The translations under genes and the position numbers were made by a program. DNA of 64,000 bases from the human T2T-CHM13v2.0 reference genome, Homo sapiens, in assembly GCF_009914755.1 (NCBI RefSeq), contig NC_060936.1. The stretch is one strand, 5' to 3'. Under the pieces are notes generated by a model. The model had not been told where the DNA came from and made no database searches. It saw only the letters and a list, made by a program, of their open reading frames with translations. How positions within the stretch are numbered: the first letter of the stretch is position 1; the number at the start of each line of letters is the position of its first letter. Below are positions 15,276 to 33,487 of this stretch, piece after piece.

Positions 15276-15593
15276 ATTATTTATTATTATTATTATTATT
15301 ATTTTGAGACGGAGTCTTGCTCTGTCGCCCAGGCTGGAGTGCCGTGATGCGATCTCGGCTCAGTGCAAGCTCCACCTCCCGGGTCATGCCATTCTCCTGC
15401 CTCAGTCTCACGAGTAGCTGGGACTACAGGTGCCCGCCACCACGCCCAGCTAATTTTTTTTTTTTTTTTATTTTTAGTAGAGATGGGGTTTCACCATGTT
15501 AGCCAGGATGGTCTCGATCTCCTGATCTCGTGATCCGCCCGCCTGGGCCTCCCAAAGTGCTGGGATTACAGGCGTGAGCCATTGTGCCTGGCC
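15276..15593 (-). mobile_element. AluY with (TTA)n tail
   Basis: Full dimer; TSD tcaaggatattatt. Confidence 0.93.
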
Positions 15594-15960
15594 TCAAGGA
15601 TATTATTTTTGCTCCATGAACTGAAAACAAAGAAATGCAATGTCTTCATGTACACACACAGCAACCAATTAAAAGATACTAAGAAAAGATCTTATAACAA
15701 TTTTTAAAAAGATAAAACACCTGAGAATATACTAAACAAAATGTAAGCAAAATCTATATAAAGACAATTTTAAAATGATATTAAAGGACAAAAAAGAAGA
15801 CAAATGAAGCAGGAAACCATGTTCTTGATTAGAAAGACTCAGCTGTATTAAAATATAAAGTTTTCTTAAATTAATCTATAAATTTAATGCAATCTTTTTA
15901 ATTAGGCAAGCTGATTCTAAGTTTGATACATAAAAAAGTAAGTAATATATGATCAAATGA

Positions 15961-16220
15961 TTTATTTTGAGACAGGGTCTCACTTTGTCACCCAGGCTGG
16001 AATGGTGCAGGGGCATGATCATGGCTCAGCTCACTGAAGCCTCTACTTCTTGGGCTCAAATGATCCTCCCACCTCAGCCTCTCAAGAAGCTGGGACCACA
16101 AGCATGCGCCAACCATCCCTGGCTAATATTTTGTGTGTGTGGAGATGAGGTCTCCGTATGTTGTCTAGGCTGGCCTAAAACTCCTGGGCTCAAGCAATCC
16201 CCTCACCTCGGCCTCCCAAA
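15961..16220 (-). mobile_element. AluJ (partial)
   Basis: gagacagggtctcac...ctcggcctcccaaa. Confidence 0.85.
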
Positions 16221-16859
16221 TGAAGTGATTTTTGACAACAGTGCCAAGACCATTCAATTCAGATAGGACAGTCTTTTCAATAAATGATGCTGAAAAAAAC
16301 TGGATACAAATATGCAAAAAAAACGAAGTTGGATCTTTACCCAACACTACATACAAAAATCAACTCAAAAATAGATTAAGACCTAAATGCAAGTGCTAAA
16401 ACTACAAAATTTGTGATTAAGACCTAAATGTAAGAGCTAAAACTACAAAATTTGTAGTGGAAAAAAAGGGAAACATTTCATGATATTGGATTTGGCAATG
16501 ATTTCTTGGATATGTCACCAAAAGCACAGGAAACAATAAAAAATAGATAAGTTGGACTTTATCAAGTTTTTAAATTTTGTGCATCAAAAAACACTATCAA
16601 CATAGTGTAAAGGAAACATAAGATAGTATGATTGCTTTGGAAATTAGTATACTGGGTACTCAAAAAGATAAAAGAAACATATAATTACCATATGATCCAG
16701 CAATTCTATTTCTGAGTATATATCCAAAATCATTGAAAGGAGGGACTTGAATAGATATTTTTACACCTATAATCTTATTATTCACAATAGCCAAATAGTG
16801 GAAGCAACTCAGGTATCCATCAATGGATGAATGAATAAACAAAATGTGTTTTATATGTG

Positions 16860-16903
<44 letters not shown>

Positions 16904-17050
16904 GGAATATTATTCAGCCTTAAAAAGGAAGGAAATTCTGACACATGCTAAAACATGGAGGAGGTTTTAGGACATTATGTGAAGTCCATACAAATGCTTC
17001 ATAAGCATAAGCATTTGTATGATTCCACCTGTATGACGTACCATGTTAGA

Positions 17051-17421
17051 TGTCTTGGTGTATTTAGGCTGCCACAGCAAAATACCATAATCTGGGTGGC
17101 TTATCAATAATAGAAATTTATTTCTTACAGTTCTGGAGGCTGAGAAATCCAAGATCATGGTGCCAGTAAATTCTGAGTCTGGTGAGTGCCCACTTTCTGC
17201 TTCATAGGTGGCTGTCTTCTCACTGTGTCCTTACATGGTGGAAGGGGCCAGGGAGTTCTCTGAGGTCTCTTAATAGGGGCACTAATCTTATTCATGAGGG
17301 CTTCACTCTCATTCGGGAGGTAATTATACCTCCCAAATGCCTCACCCCCTAATACCATCACATTGAGCATTAAAACTTAACATATGAATTTTGGGGTGAC
17401 ACAAACATTTAGACCATAGCA
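17051..17421 (-). mobile_element. MLT1 LTR inserted in L1
   Basis: tgtcttggtgtatttaggctgcc...ttctggaggctgagaaatccaagatca...aacatttagaccatagca. Confidence 0.8.
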
Positions 17422-17741
17422 CTGGAGTATTAAAATTCATAGACACAAAAAATAAAATGGTTGCCAGAGGCTGGGGAAAGGGAGGGATGGGGAGTTATTG
17501 TTTAATGGGTTCAGACTTTCAGTTTGGGAAGATGAACAAAGTCCTGGTAACAGGAATTGATGGTAACAGTGGTTGCACAATAATGAGTGTACTTAATGCC
17601 ACTCAACTGTATACTTAAACATTGATAAAATAGTAAATTTTACGTTATTTACATTTTCGCAGATTTTTAAAATTAAAATTAAAAAATAAGTAATGGGCAA
17701 TACATTTCTGAAAAAGAAGAGCATTAAAAAGGGCTTAGTTC

Positions 17742-17917
<176 letters not shown>

Positions 17918-18968
17918 TTAGTTTAATCAATTAATTAAGACAATGTGGTACTAGCACAATATTAGACAAACAGCTGGAAGAAATGAACTAGAATGTCCAG
18001 AAATTGATCAAATATAATGAGAATTTAGTTGCTTCAAGTCAGTAGAGAATGACTACTTTAGCAAATGGTGTTGGGACAATAATTATCCCTCCAGGAAATA
18101 ATGAAATTGGATACACACTTTCCACCTTATAACAATAAAAATTCCAGACTGATCAGACTCAAATGTAAATAAATCATAAAGAAGCTATAAGAAATCATGT
18201 GAGAAAAACTGTTATAATCTTGAAATCAGAAAAGCCTTTCTAAGCGTGCTTCTAAACTGAAAAGCCATAAAAGAAAGCACTGATTAATTTTACTAGAAAT
18301 TAATTTTTTAAATACATGAAAAAAACCCAACAAAGTTAAAAACTGGAGAAAGCTATTGCAACATACAAATAAATGCTTAATTTTCCTTATATAGTAAAGA
18401 TTCCTCCAAATCAATATTAAAGAAAAAAAATGGAAAACAGAGAAACATCAAAGGAGACATTTTATAGAAAAGGACATACAAGTGACTCTTAGTCATATGG
18501 ATACACAAACTTTCTCACAAGAAAAGAAATATGTATAAAGATACCCCAAAATATGAATTTTTACATGTAAGTTTGACAAGGATCAGAAAGTTTAATAACA
18601 CATTCTTGGCAAAAGCATAGAGAAACAGGCAGTTTTATACATCGCTGATTGGTGTATAAATGGGTTTAAAATCTGTGGAGGGTAATTTGGCAATATTTAT
18701 AAAAATTTCCAAAGTATGTGCATTTTGAGGCAGTACTCCCACATCTAGAAACTTACACTACAGATGATCTCACATAACATGCACTCCATCCTCAAAGTGT
18801 TTAGGTTTTGCCCCTCAGGTTATACCCATTGCCTTCAAGAAGTTTTGTTTGTTGGCTCTTTCTAAGATGTTCATAGTGGTGTGCTCTCTTTACTTTCTCC
18901 AGTAAGTACCTTTGCTTAAATGCTGTTGTGTTTTAGGACTCCAGTCTTGGTCTATATCTTTCTCTTGA

Positions 18969-19276
<308 letters not shown>

Positions 19277-19299
19277 TTGATTACTCTTTTAAGCAATCT

Positions 19300-20090
19300 C
19301 ATTCCACTCTCTGGGCCTTAACTACCATCAGTAGGTTAATCACCTCCAAATCTTTAATACTGATACCTATCTTGAGGCTTTTAAACCTGTGTGTAACTCA
19401 AGCCCTTCAAACCCTGAATATCTAAGAGAAAGTTTACCCCACTTTCCATCCTCCAAACACATTCTTCCTCTCATATTTCCAAAATCAATTAATGACTCTA
19501 CTATTCACCAAGTTACCCAAGGCAAAAATATGGAAGTCATCTTTAGTAATTTATTCTTCTTTACTTTTCACTCACAATCAAATGGTGCCAGTTTTCCCTT
19601 GTAAACATTTCTCAAATCTGGCCCGTCCCCTGTAACCCTGCTACTGCTGCTTTAGTTCAGGCCCATCTTTTTTGGCCTGGCATATTGCAGCAGCTAAACC
19701 ACTTCTCCTGCTGTGTATAGCCTTGCTCTCATCAAGGTCACCAAAGCCTTGGTAGTCTATCTGAAACCCAGATTTCAATATGGGAACACCCTGCTTAAAA
19801 TCCATCAGTGAATCCCCACTTCCTTCAGCCTGAAGCCTAGACTATGTATCATGACATAAGGTCTTCATAATCCATTCCCCTTTCCTTATCCTCACTTTAT
19901 TTCTTGTTATTCCATACCTTGCACTTTGTGTTCTGGTGGTGTAGAATTTCTGGTAGTTTCTTCCTCAGATCACATTATTTTTTCCCTCTAACCTCTCTTA
20001 CACTCTTACATTTCTTCTTGGCTAAGCCTTATTTATCTCTCAAGACAGAAGTCGTTAATCATATCCCCCAAAAAGCCTGCTCTGAACTTC
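19300..20090 (+). mobile_element. L2 remnant
   Basis: ctccaaatct, caagttacccaag, ttcaggccc, ctgcttaaaatcc and aaagcct segments typical of the L2 3' region. Confidence 0.55.
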
Positions 20091-20196
20091 CTGGTCGGAG
20101 TAAGTATGCAGTCCTACTGTGTACAGTTACATATGCATACACTAAAGTGTCTGGCTGATGGGACAAGCAGGGGCAGCAAACTCTCTGGCAGAAGGG

Positions 20197-24396
<4,200 letters not shown>

Positions 24397-25296
24397 TTTT
24401 TTGTTTTTTTTAACAAAATTTTCCAAATTTTATTAAGACTATAAAGATTTAGATTGAAAAAGTTCAATGAATCACAAACAGAATAAATTTAAGTTTAAAA
24501 CCAAACAAAAGCAATCACTATACTTAAGAACGGATACGTTATGTGGTAAAAACAATAAATAGCTAAGGCAAGATTAATCAAAATTCAGTATAGTGGTTAC
24601 CTCTGCAGAGAAGGCTGGGGAACTCAAAGCTTTAAATGTATTAGTACATTATTTTTCCTTCTTTTCTTTTAATTTTATTTTTTACAGAGACAAGGTCTTG
24701 CTGGTCTCAAACTCCTGGCCTCAAGTTATCCTCCACCTTGGCATCCCAAAGATTACAGGCCTGATCTTAGGGGTAAATAAGTATTTTTATTAGTTTTCTT
24801 TTTTTCCTTTTTTCTTTGACCTTCCCAATGTGAGTGCATTTATTATTAAATTGGATATATACAAAATATTTCTTGCAGGTGTGATAGACATCACAATAAA
24901 TGGAAAATTAATGAAGTTCATCATTCTTCTTCTGTGTTACTTATAACACAAGCCAGAAACCTGGAGGTCACCCTTGACCTCTCCCTCACCTACCAAAAAT
25001 TCAGTTAACTGTCACTTTCCTACTTCTCCTTACCTCCACTCTCACACCCTGGCCAAAGCCACCTTGACTCTCTCCTGAAATACTGATATGTCCCTTTCTC
25101 TCCATTACACCCTCACTCTAATCTAATCTCCACATTGCAGCCAAAGAAAACACTTTCAGCCTTATCTCTCCATCTTGAATCTATCTCACCATCCCCTTTA
25201 CTATCAGAAGCAAGAGTGACAAGTAAATTTCCCAAGACATCTCATAGCCAGGAAATGGCAGAGGCAGGATTCAAAATCTACTAGAGAGTCCACGTC

Positions 25297-25592
25297 TTTG
25301 TTTGTTTGTTCTGACATGGAGTCTCACTCAGTCACCCAGGCTGGAGTGCAATGGCACAATCTCAGCTCACTGCAACCTGTCCCCCAGGTTCAAGCAATTT
25401 TCCCATCTCAGCCCCCCGAGTAGCTGGGATTACAGGCACCCACCATCATGCCCGGCTAATTTTTGTATTTTTAGTAGAGATAGGGTTTCACCATGATGGC
25501 CAGGCTGGTCTTGAACTCCTGATTTCAGGTGATCCACCCGCCTCAGCCTCCCAAAGTGCTGAGATTACAGGCATGAGCCACCACACGCAGCT
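25297..25592 (-). mobile_element. Alu (Sx-like) inside the KLF17 retrocopy 3' region
   Basis: Full dimer; TSD gagtccacgtctt. Confidence 0.92.
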
Positions 25593-25844
25593 GAGTCCAC
25601 GTCTTATCCACCCACTGTCCTACTTTGGGTGATACTAGGAAAGACTTAGCCACTGCCTAGCACAGGGCCATCTCTGGATAAAGACTTATTTCTCCTCCAA
25701 TCACCACCCCACCTCCTTTTATCTGCCGTTAGCTCCTAGTTTTCCTTAAATATGACTTCAAACCACAACTTTCAAGAAATGCCTTTCTAACCCCCTTACC
25801 CAATTGCAAGTCCTCACTATTTGTCCTCCCAGCAATTTCTGCAT

Positions 25845-25846
<2 letters not shown>

Positions 25847-25879
<33 letters not shown>

Positions 25880-26160
25880 AGATACAGCCTCATTCTGTCA
25901 CTCGGGCTGGAGTGCAATTGTGCCATCCTGGCTCACTACAACCTCCGCCTCCCACGTTCAAGTGATTATCCTGCCTCAGCCTCCTGAGTAGGTGGGACTA
26001 TAGGTGTGTGCCAACATGCCCGGCTAATTTTTGTACTTTTTGTAGAGATGGGGTTTCACCATGTTGGCCAGGCTGGACTCTAACTTCTAACCTCAAGTGA
26101 TCTGCCCACCTCAGCCTCCCAAAGTGCTAGGATTACAGGTGTGAGCCACTGTGTTCAGCC
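25847..26160 (-). mobile_element. Alu (S-like) with long T tract
   Basis: Full dimer with a ~30-nt T run. Confidence 0.92.
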
Positions 26161-27166
26161 CACTTTGTGCATTTCTAGTAACATCCCTCCTCCACTAGAT
26201 TGTGACCTCCACAAGAGCAGGAGCCTGTTTTGCCCACCATTGGAATGCACTTCATACACTCTTGATCACTCTGATCCTCTCCACGTCCATTTCTTGGTGA
26301 AAGTGCTAGATCATCAACCAGACCTCTCGTCTTACATAACAAGCAATCTGGTCTGCTGACCCTACCCACGAGGCTGTGTGTGAGCCAGGTGGGCTGGGGA
26401 ACAGAGACCAGCCCTGGCCCAGTGAACCCGAGATGGCCTGCTCCATGGAAGGGATCTGGTGCCCTGGTAGAAATGAAAGATTCTTTGAGTATCCAAGACC
26501 TCAATCCCTGGGGCTAGTGAATGGGTCAAAAATGAGCCCCTTCTGCTCCTGTTCTTTTAATCATGTCCACTCCCCTCACTTGGGAGCTTGGATGGAGGGC
26601 ACCTGGATGTCCATCCCAGGTATACTGGGGCCACTAGTAACACAGACCGAGGCAGCAAAGTAGGACAGGGTCAGGGTAGGGGTGGGAGAGCAGGGCAGAC
26701 ACAGCCAAGGCTGTGGGCTTCTCTAGAGGCCCAGATAAGCTTGGGCCTGTAGAGGACCAGCTTATCTCCTTGGCAGCACTGGGCACATTCAGAAATTTTG
26801 TCTATGATCTTTCTGCTCTGCAGAGGCAGGGTGCCTTCATACACCTCTGAATCCTTACTGTCCATGCCATAGTTTTCAGAAGATAGAGACATGTCCAATG
26901 GTATATGTCCAAGAAATGGGAGGTGCAGCTAGCCGCCATGAGTCCTTTGGATCTGACTGAGGCACCTCCTTGAGAAGTCTTTCTTCCCTGACACATTCTT
27001 TAGTTATCTCCATGCTCCTCGCCATGGGTCCCCACAGCCTTGGTGCTCTCAGTATTGTAGGCTCAAAAAACATTTGCTGAATGAATATAGAACTTGAAGA
27101 CTGCCTCTCCTCTGAGCAGTTGCCAGGTCCAGTGTTCTCTGCCTAGAATCCTCTTCCTTCATTCAC

Positions 27167-28295
27167 CTAAGGACCAGGAACAGGACCGTCCTGCTGTCCA
27201 TTGTTGGCCCGTGGGTCTGAGGGTCCTGGCCAATGAGTCTTCTGGTGTTGCTTGAGATGGTCAGACCTCATGAACTCTTGGCTGCACTGATCACATTTAT
27301 ATGGTCAATGTCTGGTGTGTACCCACGTATGTCATCTACGCTCATTAGAACGGAAGAAAGACCATAAACACCTTTCCCGTTGCACAAATAGGGCCTCTCA
27401 CCCATGTGCTTGCACTGGTGGCTAACAAGGTAGGAGCGTTTGGTATAAGCTTTTCCGCAGTTCTCGTAGTTGCAGCAGTAAGGCCTTGCCTCTGAGGAGC
27501 CCCGTCTACCAGTCCTTTCCTGAGGCCTGGAGTTCTGCTCTGCTGTCTGTGGAGCAGGTCTGGGATGCTCCGGTAGGAATGGGCCTGCTTGGGAGTCTGG
27601 CTGACTTACGAGAGTCCTGAGATCCTAAAACCAGCAATGACTGGGACTCAGCTCGGGGCATCCCACGATCATGGGCATCTTGTGGGGGCAACATCTGAGC
27701 CACGGAGGGGGCATAGCCTGGGCCTCAGTGGAAGGCATGGTCGAGGCCAACAATGTTTCATCAGAAGGTACTGTCGAGAGGCCAGGGTAAGGCATTGTAG
27801 GGTCCCCAATATGAGACATCACTGGAATTCCAGTGGAAGCTGAGACTGGCAGCCTGAAGGCCCTGGCCACCTTTGGAGTACTGGCCTCTCCTACAGGCAT
27901 TATCTGGGGCCCACTGAAAATCATCATCTCTTGCTGAGGGGGAGACACTCCCTGACAGTAAATCATCCGGAAAGGAGTGGGAGTCGCTTAGGGGCAGTAG
28001 CTCACGCCATGCTCAGGCAGTGGCATACTGAACTGTGGCCCCCCTTCATCCACAATCTTCCCTGATGCCTCAACAGACAACAAGGGGGCCCTCGGCATCT
28101 CTGTCCTGTGAGGAAAGTGCTGAATGCTTGGTAGGCCATGGTTCCAAGAGGTGTGCACTCCGGAGCTTCCAGAAGATGAGTCATGTTCAAGATGGGTGCT
28201 GAGTTCTACTTATCCTGGGCAGCCTGGTGCGCCGCCTGCCACTGGCTCAGCTTCCCAGCTTCCTGCTCCTTCTCAGCCTGTGGTCGGCTGTACAT
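27167..28295 (-). pseudogene. KLF17P1: Processed pseudogene of Kruppel-like factor 17 (CDS remnant)
   Basis: Minus strand reads MYSRPQAEKEQEAGKLSQWQAAHQAAQDK*NSAPILNM..., then MIYCQGVSPPQQEMMIFSGPQ..., MAQMLPPQDAHD..., C2H2 fingers EARPYCCNYENCGKAYTKRSYLVSHQCKHMGERPY and YKCDQCSQEFMRSDHLKQHQKTH, ending PGP* (TAG 27169-27167). No introns in the CDS. Premature TAG at 28208-28206 and several frameshifts. The symbol KLF17P1 is from recollection of the locus. Confidence 0.92.
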
Positions 28296-28939
28296 GAAGA
28301 CTAGGTGGTGTCTAGACTCTCTGCTGAACAGACAGGGAGCAACCCACCACGGCATCGCAGGTGGTTATCGGGACATTGCCCCTGGTTGTTTTGTAACTCC
28401 TTTCTTCCTTTATTCCTTTGTTACTGTCTTCCTCAGTGGTTAAATGAGTTTCTCATTTAATGGTAATATGTTTAAATTTGTTGCTTTTTATTTTTAGTGG
28501 ATCTATTTTAGGTTTTTGGAGGAAGGTTTGCTTGTTTGTTTTTGTTTTTTAGAGATGGGGTCTCATTGTGTCACCCAGGCTGGACCCTTGGGCTCCAGAG
28601 ATCCTTCCACCTTAGCCTCCTGAGTAGCTGGGACTACGGGTTCATGGCACTGCACCCAGCCTATTATAGATTTTTTGCTTTGTTATTACCATAAGGCTTT
28701 CCAAAAAATGTCTTATAGACATGGCAAGTTATTTTAAATAGATGACAACTTCTGTCGCAAAGAAAATTAAAAAAAAAACAAATGAAGGAAAACCTAAAAG
28801 TCTCTACACTTTAACTTAATTCCCCCACTCATACATTCTGACTTTGTGTTGTCTCAAGTATATCTTTTTATACTTCCTATCTTTTAACAGATTTCTGCAG
28901 TTATTATTTTTGATAGATTTGTCCTTTAGTCCATACTAG

Positions 28940-29344
<405 letters not shown>

Positions 29345-30005
29345 CAAATGTTTTCTTTTTGCATGTTAGTATCCTTTTCCTTCAGATTGAAGAACTCCCT
29401 TCAGTATTTCTTGTAAGACAGGTCTAGCAATGATGAATTTCCTCAGCTTTTGGTTGTCTGGGAAGACTTTATCTCTGCTTTATGTTTGAAGGAAAGCTTT
29501 GTTAGGTACAGTATTCTTGTTGGATAATTTTTTCCCTTGACCGAATGTCATCCAACTTCCTCCTGGCAAGTTGCTTTCCACTGAGAAATCTGCTGTTAGA
29601 TGAAAATGAGCTCCTTTATTTGTTATTTGCTTCTTTTTTCTCACTACTTTTAGAATCCCATCTTTGTTCTTGACTTTTGAGAGTTTATTATACGCCTTGA
29701 GGTAGTCTTATTCGGGTTGAATCTGTTTGGTGATATGTGACCTTCCTGTACCTGAATATCAGTATCTTTCTCTAGGTTTGGAAAGTTTTTGGTTATTATT
29801 TTGTTGAATAGTCATTCTACCCCTTGCTCTTTCTCAACTCTTCCTTGAACACCAATGACTCTTATATTTTTCTCTTTTGAGTTTATTTTCTATATCTTGC
29901 AGGCATTCTGTGTTCCTTTTTATTCTTTTTTCTTTTCTGGATGTGCATATTCTAATAGCCTGTCTTTTAGCTCAGTAATTCTTTTTTCACATGATCCATT
30001 CTGTT

Positions 30006-30086
30006 CGCCGGGCGCGGTGGCTCAGGCCTGTAATCCCAGCACTTTGGGAGGCCGAGGCGGGCAGATCATGAGGTCAGGAGATCGTA
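30006..30086 (+). mobile_element. Alu 5' fragment (~80 nt), no tail, 13-bp TSD
   Basis: gccgggcgcggtggctc...aggagatcg flanked by gatccattctgtt (29993-30005 and 30087-30099). Confidence 0.9.
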
Positions 30087-31194
30087 GATCCATTCTGTTG
30101 AGAGCTTCTAATGCATTTTTCAGTTTAACAAACGTATTTCTCTGTTCCAGATTTCTGTTTGACTTTTTAAATTATTTTAATCTCTTTGTTAAATTTATCT
30201 AGCAAATTTATATATTGTTTTGCTGTGTTATCTTGGAATTCACTGAGTTTCCTTAGAACTGCTTTTTGATTTCTTGATCTGGGAGCTTACTATTACCATG
30301 TCATTAGAATTGGTTCCGGGTTTCTTGCTTTGTCCATTTGGAGATGTCATGATTCCCTGTTTGTTGTTGTTTCTTATAAACATACATGTGTTGCTTCACT
30401 TTGAAGAATAATTTATTCTAGTCTTTGCTATCTGGCTTGTTTTCAACTTTCTAGGATATGTTTACCTAGAGATTCTTTGCAGTTGCCTGTAAGTGCCCTT
30501 AATCCTAGATTGCTGCTTCCTTTTTGGCATTAGATGGTGCATTAAGCCCCAGTTTGCTTCAGCTCTTGAAATCATTCAGAGCACTTCCCAACCCAGATTA
30601 GGGGTTACAGGGTCCCAAAGGGGATACCCTGATTGTGTGGGAAGGTTGGCTAGGAGTTCATGCACAGAAGACCAATGGAGGGTGCATCCTACATCTTGGT
30701 GTTGCTGAACAGCCAATCTGCTTTTACGTCTCTGGCTGAGATAAAGAGCAGAGTTTCATGAGCTGGGGTCTCCAGTCCTGCCTCTGTTCTTTGTTGCTAG
30801 CTAGACTCAGGAGTTTTTCTCCCTATAGGCATTTGCAATGCTTCCCATGAAATAAAGCAGGAATGGTTTTCCTGCAAGGGAACCCAGGATGGTGGGAAAA
30901 TTGGCTGTCTCCCTTGATGTCACTTTTTATAGTGTGGAAACAATGGGTTTCCACATGGCATCTGGCAGATGGAAGGAGGGGCTTGATGGGTAGAAAAGTC
31001 CATTTCTCTTATTGTCTTCTCAGAGTTTCTCAGTGCTTTGTGGTCCTAGGGGTCATCTCAGCCCCAAATTTAAATTCTAGGATACTGCTGGCTATAATCT
31101 TGGCACCAGATATTTGTTTTCAATTTTCCGTGGGGAAGAGTGAAGCCAGATTGCTTCCACTTCACATTTTGGTTACATCACTCAACAATAACCA

Positions 31195-31400
31195 TTTGTT
31201 TTTGTGAGCACTTTCCATGTGCCAGGCACTGTGCTAAATATTTTACCTACATTATCTCATTTAATCCTCCCAACAGCTCTCTGAGTTAGGAACTATTATG
31301 TTCCTATTTTACAAATGACAAATCTGAGGCTTGGAGAGATAAGTAACTTGCCCAGAGTTAGACATTTTGATTCCACAATCCAAACCCTTAATACTCAGTA
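31195..31400 (-). mobile_element. MIR
   Basis: tgtgccaggcactgtgct...tctcatttaatcctc...ctgaggct...aagtaacttgccca core. Confidence 0.8.
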
Positions 31401-32239
31401 ATTTTAATTGAAACCTTCAATTTATAAATCTGACCATCCCACAAGATTTAGAGCAGAAATTATACTTTATTTATCTTTTTAGCCCTGATAACTAGCATTG
31501 TCTGAAATATTCTAAGTACTTACTAAATATTTGTTGAACTAAACCTAATCTATAATGACTTGTATTTACAAGTTATCAGCAGAACTACAGTATACAGTAT
31601 ATGGATACGTAGGTATGTTTTCTGTATATTTATATATATCCTAAATGTGACTGATTATCCTTGGACCACTCTTGCTCTGCCACTGCAGCTTCCTCTAAGC
31701 CAATTATAATCCATCTTTGCAATTCCAGAAAACAAATGTCTGATTCCAAGACGATTTATAAATATGCACGTTTTTATGAAACAGAAGAACAAAACTTTTT
31801 CCAAATTCCCTTTGAAGACTTTAGATCTTTTCACAGAATTTCTCTTTCCACAGAAGCCAGCCTTTCACTCCCTTTTTTCCCTCTGTGCCAATTTCAGTTA
31901 TTTCTACCTCCAGAGTTTTCTCCCTGACTGTTCAATCTATAGTGAAGATAAATTTAGCTCTTTCTTTAGGTTTATTCCATTTCTATCTGCAATGGGCTGA
32001 TTATATTTTCTAAAGGTGACCACCACAATAAATCTCATACCACAAGCCCACCTCTTAAGTGCTGTTCATTCTTGGTTCACATCTTTTTCTTGATGTATTC
32101 TTCCTAAGTAATTCCACCTTATCTCTGTATTTTAACTACCATTAGTATGCTAATGGCCCCTGAATTATAAGCACTGATCCTCATCTTTAGACTTTTACAC
32201 AAAACATTATAATACAAATCTCATTACAGAATGACAGTG

Positions 32240-32730
32240 ATACTCCTCTCATCAATTAATAGCTCCTCTTTTTAGTTTTGGTGGACAATTGTGACTAGTT
32301 CAATCAAAAGAGCAGGGTAGGAGTGATGCTAAATGACTCCCAAGAACAGATCACAGAAATGATATGCACTTCTACCTTGTTTTCTTGGGATGCTCCCTCT
32401 TTTAACCTAGCCACCATGTTGTGAAAAAAGAAAAACAGCTGCTTGTAGAGGCCATGTGTAAGTGATCCATCTGACCAAGAACCCCAACTGAGGTCCTATG
32501 CAACAGCCAGTATTAACCATCAGATATGTGACCGAGTGAGTCTTCAAATGATTCCAATCTCCCACCATTGAGTTATACACCACCCCATCTGATGCTGCAT
32601 GAAGCAGAAGTGAGCTGTCCCCACTGAGCCCTTTTCAAATTGAAGTTTCATGAGTTAAATAAATGATTGTTGTTGTTTTAAGCCACTAACTTTCAAGTGG
32701 GTTGTTACGCAGAAAAGATAACTAGAATAG
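32240..32730 (+). mobile_element. MLT1 LTR (old)
   Basis: ccccactgagccc...ttttaagccact...gttgttacgcag...ataactagaata 3' end. Confidence 0.65.
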
Positions 32731-32888
32731 TCAGCCAATGCTTCTCTCAACATTACTAAAGATCTACTCTCCAAGAAGGACAGAGAAAGAGTATAAAAAA
32801 TGTTTCTAGTTATATATATTATATAACAAATATATATGTTGCATAATTATATATATTTATCGTACATAAATATATACTAAATATGTTA

Positions 32889-33266
<378 letters not shown>

Positions 33267-33487
33267 TTATAATTGTAATGCTCACATATGCTTTTAAATT
33301 ATTATAATGTATTATTTTTGCTAGTATTATTTTTATTAATATTATCACTAAGTCCCAAGATAAAGCCCTTGGGAATCATGACAACTAGTTGAATGAATAG
33401 ATTCCATTCAATTATTTTATTCAAATTTTGGCATCTACAATGGTTGACCAGAAAAATAGCATCCATTATAGAATACATCCAATAAAG

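Larger units (their letters stand above)
24397..28380 (-). pseudogene. KLF17P1: Full extent of the KLF17 retrocopy: short 5'UTR, CDS remnant, ~2.75 kb 3' region and poly(A) remnant
   Basis: T-tract at 24397-24411 and TTTATT (AATAAA on minus) at 24429-24434. The host L1 is interrupted at ~24396 and resumes at ~28381 (cctggttgttttgtaac). Confidence 0.7.

Noticed and set aside
27506-28190. KLF17-like ORF fragments as a functional gene
   Set aside because: Premature stop at codon 30, multiple frameshifts and disrupted zinc fingers.
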